Made by a program: the position numbers and the translations under genes | From: Promethearchaeota archaeon | GTDB lineage: Archaea; Asgardarchaeota; Lokiarchaeia; Sigyniarchaeales; SOKP01 | Direction: 5' to 3' | Length of the DNA stretch: 64,000 nucleotides | Assembly (NCBI GenBank): GCA_048941605.1 | Contig: JBHLNL010000004.1 | Location: 1 to 64,000 of the forward strand | Notes under the pieces: model-generated | Seen by the model: the letters and a program-made list of their open reading frames with translations, nothing else | Told to the model about the DNA's origin: nothing | Database searches by the model: none | Shown here: positions 57,507-64,000 of the stretch, piece after piece | Layout of the letters: the number at the start of each line of letters is the position of its first letter | Numbering within the stretch: the first letter of the stretch is position 1

Positions 57507-59312
57507 TTACATACCCCACCAAGGGTGAGTTGTTTTTCGCATGATAGTGATAAAGTCTCTTAAAGCTTCCTTTTGATCTGTAGCTAATTCATCAATAAAT
57601 TTTCCCATTAATTGTCTAACATGAGATTCAGGGATATTAACGTAAAGGGTTTCATCTTTTTCTAAATCTCTACCAATTTCAATACCACGAATAGATATTG
57701 CGACTTCTGAATCTTTAGGTGCTCTTTCAAGAGTTTGACCTTTGTCTTGAATTTGATGAACTCTCCTCATTCTTTTACCTTTGTCAGTTATTAATGGAAC
57801 TTTTGGATATAAAGTGCCAGCTTCAACATGAACTCCAAAAACAGCAGGATCAGAATTTCTAAATATAAAATCTGGAAGCATTTTAATTTTTGCTGGTAAA
57901 ATAAGTTCACTTAGTCCTTTTGCTGTGTCTTCTGCTTTTCTCGTTTCTGCATATTCAATATATTCTTCTAATAATCGATATATAACATTATTTGTGAAAA
58001 TTCTAATATTATCATTTATAGCTTGTTCATTAGCTTCTGGTAATATTGGAACATTAAAACCTAAAACAGCTGCAGAATATGGATCCAATTGCCTTACAAT
58101 ATTTGCATTAATGATATCTTCTTTTTTTATTGGACCTACATCAGCAACACTGATTTTTACTCCATTTTTAGTAAAATGGTTTTCCAAGGCTTCTAGAGAC
58201 CCTAAAGTATCCGCTTTTAACACAACTCCTGCTTTATCAGTTTTTATTCTAATACTTTCTACTTCAGATTCGATTTCTCCATAAACTTGTTCCTCTTCTG
58301 AGGGGTCTATAATACCTCTAAATGGAGAACCTGCTACAACATCATCTATATTAGGTGCAAGAATTTTAATACCAGCAGCAGCACTAATAACATCGACAGA
58401 ATCAAATTTTTGTCTTGGATCTCTAATTTCATCTAATGGTTTAGGTGTTAACAAGGCTCTTACTTTCGATTTAATAGGTTTTTCTAATCCTCCTACAATA
58501 AACTCGTCCCCTTTATTAATTATCCCATCATATATTAGGACATCCATCGTTTTTCCTTGACCTTTCTCCTTTTTAACTTCTAGGACAACTCCTTTAGCAG
58601 CTCCTTCAGAAAATTTAAGATTTGCAGTTAAGTATTGTTGTACTAATCCCATTAATATTAATAAAAGTGTTGAAATTCCTTCCCCTGTTTTACCACTTGT
58701 AGGTACTATTGCAATTTTTTTAGTAAAATCTTTTATTTTATCATACCGATCAATTCCTTTGAAACCTTCCTCTAGAAAATTACCAATAATACCTAGGATT
58801 TTTTCATCAAGGAAATCTTTAACATGTGGTTTTTGAGAATTATATGAATCGAGGAAATCTGCGTCTTTTTTTGATTTCCATCCAGAAATTCTATCAATTT
58901 TATTAGCAGCAATAACAAAAGGTGTTTTTCTCTCCCGCAAAATCCGAACAGATTCCCAAGTTATAGGCATTGTTCCAGCAGTAACATCTATAACTAAAAT
59001 TGCGATATCTGCCACAGCACCTCCCCTTCTCCGCAGATTTAAAAAAGCCGCATGACCTGGAGTGTCAACCACTAAGATACCAGGAAGTTTTATTTCCTTT
59101 TCAGCAAATTCTTGTTTTGATTTTCTTAAAAATTCTTTTATATCTTGTGTTGGAAAATAAGAAGCGCCAATATGTTGGGTAATTCCCGCAGCCTCTCTTT
59201 GTTGAACTACAGTACCTCTAATATAATCTAAGATTGTGGTTTTTCCATGGTCTATATGGCCAAGTATACAGACAATTGGAGCTCTAATTATCTTGTTTTC
59301 TTCTTCAGTCAT
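57507..59312 (-). CDS. infB: Translation initiation factor aIF5B (IF-2 homologue)
   Basis: RAPIVCILGHIDHGKTTILD, DTPGHAAF and ANKIDR. 601 aa, four-domain architecture, no intein. Confidence 0.92.
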   Translation of the reverse strand: MTEEENKIIRAPIVCILGHIDHGKTTILDYIRGTVVQQREAAGITQHIGASYFPTQDIKEFLRKSKQEFAEKEIKLPGILVVDTPGHAAFLNLRRRGGAVADIAILVIDVTAGTMPITWESVRILRERKTPFVIAANKIDRISGWKSKKDADFLDSYNSQKPHVKDFLDEKILGIIGNFLEEGFKGIDRYDKIKDFTKKIAIVPTSGKTGEGISTLLLILMGLVQQYLTANLKFSEGAAKGVVLEVKKEKGQGKTMDVLIYDGIINKGDEFIVGGLEKPIKSKVRALLTPKPLDEIRDPRQKFDSVDVISAAAGIKILAPNIDDVVAGSPFRGIIDPSEEEQVYGEIESEVESIRIKTDKAGVVLKADTLGSLEALENHFTKNGVKISVADVGPIKKEDIINANIVRQLDPYSAAVLGFNVPILPEANEQAINDNIRIFTNNVIYRLLEEYIEYAETRKAEDTAKGLSELILPAKIKMLPDFIFRNSDPAVFGVHVEAGTLYPKVPLITDKGKRMRRVHQIQDKGQTLERAPKDSEVAISIRGIEIGRDLEKDETLYVNIPESHVRQLMGKFIDELATDQKEALRDFITIMRKTTHPWWGM

Positions 59313-59427
59313 ATATTATCACGATTCCTAATTTATGTATCCAAAAGATTCTTACGATTCTTATAGTATAAATTATGCAGTATAAGATTAGAATTTTATT
59401 TTAAAATTATCGAGGAAAAGTATCGGT

Positions 59428-62301
59428 TTATTTGCTATTAAGAAAGGGTTTTAAATATTGAGCTGTAAAAGAACTATTATTTTTAATAATTTCTTCAGGA
59501 ACACCCATTTCTACAATATAACCTCCCTTTTCACCACCTTCAGGACCAAGATCAATAATATAATCTACTGATTTTATAATATCCATGTTATGTTCGATAA
59601 TTATTACCGTATTACCTTTATCCACTAATTTTTGAAGAACTTTTAGTAGATAATTAATATCAAAAGAACTAAGCCCAGTTGTGGGTTCGTCTAAAATATA
59701 TAGTGTATTTCCTGTACTCGTTTTTCTCAATTCTCTCGCAATTTTTAATCTTTGTGATTCTCCTCCACTTAAAGTGGTGGAAGATTGACCTAATTCTAAA
59801 TAACCCAAGCCAACATCTACTACTGTTTTTAGTGTCCTTTTTAGATACGGAATAGTGTCAAAAAATTCTAAAGCTTGATGAAACGTCATTTTGAGTACAT
59901 CATAGATGGATTTTCCATGATATTTGATATCTAATGTCTCAGAATTATAACGTTTACCTTTACATAAATCACACTTTATATATACATCTGGTAAGAAATA
60001 CATTTCTTTAAGTATATATCCTGTACCTTTACATTTTTTGCAGTGCCCTGATTTTGTGTTAAAACTAAATCTTCCTTTTTTATAACCTCTTTCTTTAGAG
60101 TCAGGTAATTCCGCAAAAATTTCTCTAATATAATCCAATGCTTTAGTATATGTAGCTGGAACTGATCTTGGAGTTCTTCCTATAGGTGATTGATCAATAT
60201 TTATGATTTTATCAATCCTTTCAAAACCAATAATTTTTTCAAATTTCCCTTGAGTTACTTTTGAACTGCGAGTATTAATTAAGTTATGAAGCCCTTTATA
60301 TAAACAATCAATTATTAGACTAGTTTTTCCTGCTCCAGAAACACCAGTAATGCAAGTAAATACTCCTAAAGGGATTTCAACATTAATCTTTTTTAAATTA
60401 TTTTCTTCTGCTCCTATTATTTCAATGCTTTCCTTATTTACTTTTCTTCGTTTCTTTGGAACTTCAATCTTTTTTTTCCCAGATAAATAATCTCCAGTTA
60501 ATGTACTTGAATTAATTATCGTGTCTATTGGGCCTTCAGCTACTATTTCTCCCCCTCGTTCTCCTGCTAAAGGGCCCAAATCAATAATATGATCTGCGCT
60601 GCGAATTATTGCATCATCATGTTCAACAACTATTACTGTGTTGCCTAAATCTCTTAACTTTTTTAACATATTAATAAGACGTGAGATATCTCTTTGATGC
60701 AGTCCGATACTAGGCTCATCTAAAACATATAAAACTCCTACTAAGCTAGATCCTAATTGAGTTGCTAATCTTATTCTTTCTGCTTCTCCTACTGATAAAG
60801 TATCTGAACGACGATTTAATGAAATATAATCTAATCCAACATTTTCAAGAAATGACAATCGATCGAATATTTCCTTTAACACTTCTTTAACAATTTCCTT
60901 CTCCGTCTCATTTAATTGTAATTTTTTAAAAAATTTTAATGAATCTTTTACAGATAATGCAGATAACTCAGCGATGTTGAGTTTATCAACCGTTACTGAC
61001 AGACTTTCTGGTTTCAATCTTTGCCCATTACAATGAGGACAGTCTATCCTATTCATAAAACCTTCATAGACATCACGAGCCCACTCCGAACGTGTTTCCA
61101 TATATCTCCTGTGAAGAATTGGAATGATACCCTCAAAAGGTCTTTTAACTTGCCATGAAGATTTAAATTCTCCATTATGATTTCTATATTCATTATTATC
61201 ACTTTCAAAACGAAAGTTAATTGTTTCATTTTCAGATCCAAATAGTATTTTATGGAGTTTCTTAGGGTCAATATCTTTTAGTGGAGTTTTATCGGTGTTA
61301 AATCCATAATGCTGGGCTACTTGAATTATAGTCTGCCATGAATAACCATTGTCAGATCCAAATCCAGGAATATCTCGAATCGGTGTTTCTTCTAAGGTAA
61401 CATCTAAATCAGTTCCCAACAATAAACCATAATCAAATTCCATAACATTACCTAATCCACTACAATATTTGCAGCTTCCATGAGGAATGTTAAAAGAAAA
61501 CATTTTATGATCTAATGGGGGAAAAGAGATTCCACAATCAATACAAGCAAGATGCTCAGAATAAATAATTTCCCCTTTATCAATAATTTCTACTGTGACT
61601 AAACCATCTGTTAATTCTAATGCCGTTTCAATTGCATCAGCAAGTCTTGTCTTAATATCTTTTCGCATTACTAATCTATCAATTACCACATTGATATTAT
61701 GTTTGACGTTTTTTTCCATAGAGATGTCTTCATCCAATGTATATTGAATTCCATCAATTTCAACTCTCACATATCCTTGCTTCTTTAAGTCTTGTAGAAG
61801 TTCTTTATACTCTCCTTTTCTATCTCTTATAACCGGAGCTTTAATTACAAATTTTTGATTTTCATCAACAGATTCTAATACTTGTTGAATAATTTGCTGT
61901 GGTGTCTGTGGCTTTATTTCTTTTCCACAATTTGGACAATGTGGAATACCAATATTAGCAAATAGTAATCTATAGTAATCATATATCTCGGTTACGGTAC
62001 CAACAGTACTTCTTGGATTTTTTGAAAGTGGTTTTTGCTCAATTGCGATCGCTGGAGATAATCCTTCGATTGAATCTACATCAGGTTTATCCATTTCTCC
62101 TAGAAATTGTCTAGCATAACTTGATAATGACTCAAGGAATCTACGTTGTCCTTCAGCATATAGAGTATCCATTGCTAAACTACTCTTTCCACTTCCACTA
62201 ATTCCTGTAATTACAACTAGTTTATTTCGCGGAATTATAACATCTATGTTTTTTAAGTTATTCTGCCTTGCTCCTTTAATAATGATTGAATTCTGACTCA
62301 T
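59428..62301 (-). CDS. uvrA: Excinuclease ABC subunit A
   Basis: 957 aa. Two ABC ATPase modules (GISGSGKSS, GVSGAGKTS, LSGGE, LYVLDEPS/LYILDEPT) and zinc modules (CPNCG, CIDCG, CPHCNG, CKKCKG). Confidence 0.95.
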   Translation of the reverse strand: MSQNSIIIKGARQNNLKNIDVIIPRNKLVVITGISGSGKSSLAMDTLYAEGQRRFLESLSSYARQFLGEMDKPDVDSIEGLSPAIAIEQKPLSKNPRSTVGTVTEIYDYYRLLFANIGIPHCPNCGKEIKPQTPQQIIQQVLESVDENQKFVIKAPVIRDRKGEYKELLQDLKKQGYVRVEIDGIQYTLDEDISMEKNVKHNINVVIDRLVMRKDIKTRLADAIETALELTDGLVTVEIIDKGEIIYSEHLACIDCGISFPPLDHKMFSFNIPHGSCKYCSGLGNVMEFDYGLLLGTDLDVTLEETPIRDIPGFGSDNGYSWQTIIQVAQHYGFNTDKTPLKDIDPKKLHKILFGSENETINFRFESDNNEYRNHNGEFKSSWQVKRPFEGIIPILHRRYMETRSEWARDVYEGFMNRIDCPHCNGQRLKPESLSVTVDKLNIAELSALSVKDSLKFFKKLQLNETEKEIVKEVLKEIFDRLSFLENVGLDYISLNRRSDTLSVGEAERIRLATQLGSSLVGVLYVLDEPSIGLHQRDISRLINMLKKLRDLGNTVIVVEHDDAIIRSADHIIDLGPLAGERGGEIVAEGPIDTIINSSTLTGDYLSGKKKIEVPKKRRKVNKESIEIIGAEENNLKKINVEIPLGVFTCITGVSGAGKTSLIIDCLYKGLHNLINTRSSKVTQGKFEKIIGFERIDKIINIDQSPIGRTPRSVPATYTKALDYIREIFAELPDSKERGYKKGRFSFNTKSGHCKKCKGTGYILKEMYFLPDVYIKCDLCKGKRYNSETLDIKYHGKSIYDVLKMTFHQALEFFDTIPYLKRTLKTVVDVGLGYLELGQSSTTLSGGESQRLKIARELRKTSTGNTLYILDEPTTGLSSFDINYLLKVLQKLVDKGNTVIIIEHNMDIIKSVDYIIDLGPEGGEKGGYIVEMGVPEEIIKNNSSFTAQYLKPFLNSK

Positions 62302-62662
62302 TTTTATGACTAATTTTTATAATCATTTATAAAACAAAAATTTCATGTTTTTATTTTAAAATCCTCAAATATTGTATTTTTACCCCTAAGGGGTCTTGAT
62401 TTTCTAATCATAAGCTCAATTTGATTGGAAAATTTAAAATTAATAATAAACGATCGGCAATAGGCGATTTTTTTTAAACAATTATATAATTAAATATAAA
62501 TATTAAGGAAAAATTCCGAGTTTTTATTACAAACAAAAAAATTCATTTTTCCTTAGATAATAAAGTGTAGAAAAAAGTGTAAAAAATATTTAATTTAGAG
62601 AGGAAGTTTTGTATACAAGAATGGATTATTTTTTGTTTTCAAATAAAGAGGTAAATAGAAAA

Positions 62663-63088
62663 ATGGCCAAAGAAATTTTGAAAGGGTTAAAATGGACATT
62701 TTTAGTGAATTTTATTGTTTTTGTTGTCTTTGGAGCACTTTTATTCTTCCTTGTGGAAGATTATATGGCGTGGTTCAGTATTCCTTTTCTAGCTCCTATT
62801 GGTTATGGAGGATTATTCGGTGGAGCCCTTTTAGGCTATGGGAGTGCTTCCTTCATAGCGTGGCAACAGACAGAATGGGAGAAAGTAAAAATCGTCGTAA
62901 TAATGCAGATCGTTTGGCATATGGTAGGAGTATACACTTTTTTTTGGTGGACTATTTTTTATTGGCCAAATATCTTTATATTATTGCATGCAAAAATAAT
63001 GAACTTGATATATCTCATTGTTTTTTCTGGATTCCTCGCAGCATTCATCTTTTTCTATATAAAACATGAAAAGAAACAAACCACATAA
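62663..63088 (+). CDS. Small 4-TM membrane protein
   Basis: ATG at 62663 (MAKEILKGLKW...) is preferred over the TTG at 62609. Four hydrophobic helices. Confidence 0.5.
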   Translation: MAKEILKGLKWTFLVNFIVFVVFGALLFFLVEDYMAWFSIPFLAPIGYGGLFGGALLGYGSASFIAWQQTEWEKVKIVVIMQIVWHMVGVYTFFWWTIFYWPNIFILLHAKIMNLIYLIVFSGFLAAFIFFYIKHEKKQTT

Positions 63089-63117
63089 TAAATCATTATT
63101 GTAGGGTGAAACTTAAA

Positions 63118-64000
63118 ATGTTAATGCTTTCTGATGTAGTTTTTTACAATGCACTTATTGATAGTGTTTTTTATTTTTTTCTGCCGTTTATACTAGGATT
63201 ATTTTTTATGATCCAAGGAAGAAAGACAAAGACTAAGCTTCTCTTTTATTATGGGTTAGCATTAAGTGGAGTGGGTATAACTCTTGGAGGTCCAACTTTC
63301 AGTGATTTAACAACTATCCTTATAACAGGAAATAACATAGACGGCCAATTAAAACTTTATATAATGTGGTTACCTACTGTTGCTTTAGCATCGCCTCTTA
63401 TGGCATATGTGTGGGCTGAAATATTAATACCCAAGAAGAAGTGGTATTTTTTATCTATAATTTTAATTTTGGATATTCTCATTTTATTGGATCTATTTAT
63501 ATTTCATTGGATGACTCCAATTATTATCCCTCCCGCAATACCCGGAGAAGGACTAGTAGAAGTCTATTATGGTTTGCTAATACCAACGCAAAGGCTTCCT
63601 GCTAGGTGGAGCCTATTTACAAATTCTTATGGCTTAGTCTTCGGAGCTGGAGTTTTATACAAAGCTTCTGTGACGAAAGGTATATTTAGAAAGAAATATA
63701 TCTATTTATCTATTGGTATTATACTTCATTGTCTCTCACGAATCCTTATGTTTCAAATGATACAAACTTTTGGGGAAGGAGTTAAATTTATTTTCATAAT
63801 AATTGACGTGACAAGCTTAGTAACTTCTTATCTGGGTTTAAGAGCAGAGCCTGAGGAGCGTAAAAAGAAAGTTAAAAGGAAGATTATAGCTAAAGATTCA
63901 TTTTTTCGAATAGTTGAGAGGCCTGAACATATTAGTGAAGAAGAAGTTACGTATTATCGGGAGCAGAAAATCTGCTTGGTATGTAAAGGAAAAGTAGAGG
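63118..64000 (+). CDS. Polytopic membrane protein with the start of a C-terminal cytoplasmic zinc-ribbon-like tail, 3'-truncated by the window edge
   Basis: Hand translation from the ATG at 63118 stays open to base 64000: MLMLSDVVFYNALIDSVFYFFLPFILG...EEEVTYYREQKICLVCKGKVE. The ORF track omits it because no stop lies within the window. Confidence 0.55.
   Translation, partial: MLMLSDVVFYNALIDSVFYFFLPFILGLFFMIQGRKTKTKLLFYYGLALSGVGITLGGPTFSDLTTILITGNNIDGQLKLYIMWLPTVALASPLMAYVWAEILIPKKKWYFLSIILILDILILLDLFIFHWMTPIIIPPAIPGEGLVEVYYGLLIPTQRLPARWSLFTNSYGLVFGAGVLYKASVTKGIFRKKYIYLSIGIILHCLSRILMFQMIQTFGEGVKFIFIIIDVTSLVTSYLGLRAEPEERKKKVKRKIIAKDSFFRIVERPEHISEEEVTYYREQKICLVCKGKVE

Noticed and set aside
257-61271. 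The many 60-126 aa ORF-track entries lying antisense or out of frame inside longer CDS (e.g. 257..457, 2401..2628, 5046..5231, 5420..5964, 6486..6719, 9414..9599, 20305..20505, 23374..24573, 25346..25567, 28908..29153, 31938..32144, 32453..32689, 34880..35065, 37720..38196, 39824..40015, 40652..40858, 42799..43125, 44567..44947, 45165..45368, 46741..46956, 47927..48178, 52230..52433, 53073..53270, 57925..58284, 59000..59182, 61053..61271)
   Set aside because: All are embedded in well-supported genes. They have low-complexity Ile/Leu/Phe/Ser/Lys-rich translations typical of AT-rich antisense frames, and none shows a recognisable motif.
59428-62301. UvrA without adjacent uvrB/uvrC as a possible anomaly
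   Set aside because: uvr genes are frequently unlinked, and the protein looks complete and canonical. Nothing unusual is visible in the sequence.
62382-62394. Short G+C-rich hairpin acccc-taa-ggggt upstream of uvrA
   Set aside because: Only a 5-bp stem with no associated conserved motif or ORF. This is insufficient to call a regulatory element.
62692-63069. 125-aa alternative-frame ORF overlapping the 4-TM membrane protein gene
   Set aside because: It is a Cys/Trp/Arg-rich out-of-frame translation of the same region. The other frame gives clean TM helices.
1-64000. Search for tRNA, rRNA, CRISPR arrays, IS elements, integrases, inteins and defence-system genes
   Set aside because: No tRNA-like G+C-rich cloverleaf segments or T-loop motifs, no regularly spaced direct repeats, and no transposase or integrase-like ORFs. 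aIF5B, UvrA and EF-2 have normal lengths with no intein blocks. The window reads as core chromosome, not a mobile or defence island.

Overview
AT-rich (roughly 30% G+C by eye) archaeal chromosomal segment that is densely coding: about 60 CDS. I found no rRNA, tRNA, CRISPR array, transposase or integrase. The informational genes are clearly archaeal: L7Ae-S28e; the conserved block RpoE'-Spt4-DPCK(DUF359)-S24e-S27ae-Kae1-Bud32; TFB; aIF5B; an EF-2 family GTPase; a class I CCA enzyme; and Taw1. Alongside these sits an unusual number of eukaryote-signature proteins: three Rab/Ras-like small GTPases, one Arf-like GTPase inside a 412-aa multidomain protein, a 1093-aa protein with a degenerate GTPase-like N-terminus plus TPR-like repeats, two Roadblock/LC7 proteins, a gelsolin-domain protein and a HEAT-repeat protein. 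This combination points to an Asgard (Lokiarchaeia-like) genome. All family assignments come from motifs read by eye in the supplied translations; no searches were run. Five observations deserve the most attention. (1) The ribosomal protein S27ae gene carries an in-frame TAA inside a perfect 23-nt hairpin insert, so the ORF track misses the gene. (2) A CoA-transferase::Pat-type GNAT fusion is transcribed divergently from AMP-forming acetyl-CoA synthetase. (3) The pseudo-GTPase/TPR giant lies close to the Arf-like multidomain GTPase. (4) An isolated, divergent EF-2 copy has an altered diphthamide loop. (5) A co-directional block of uncharacterised genes at 40.2-46.0 kb includes a tandem pair from an unrecognised family.
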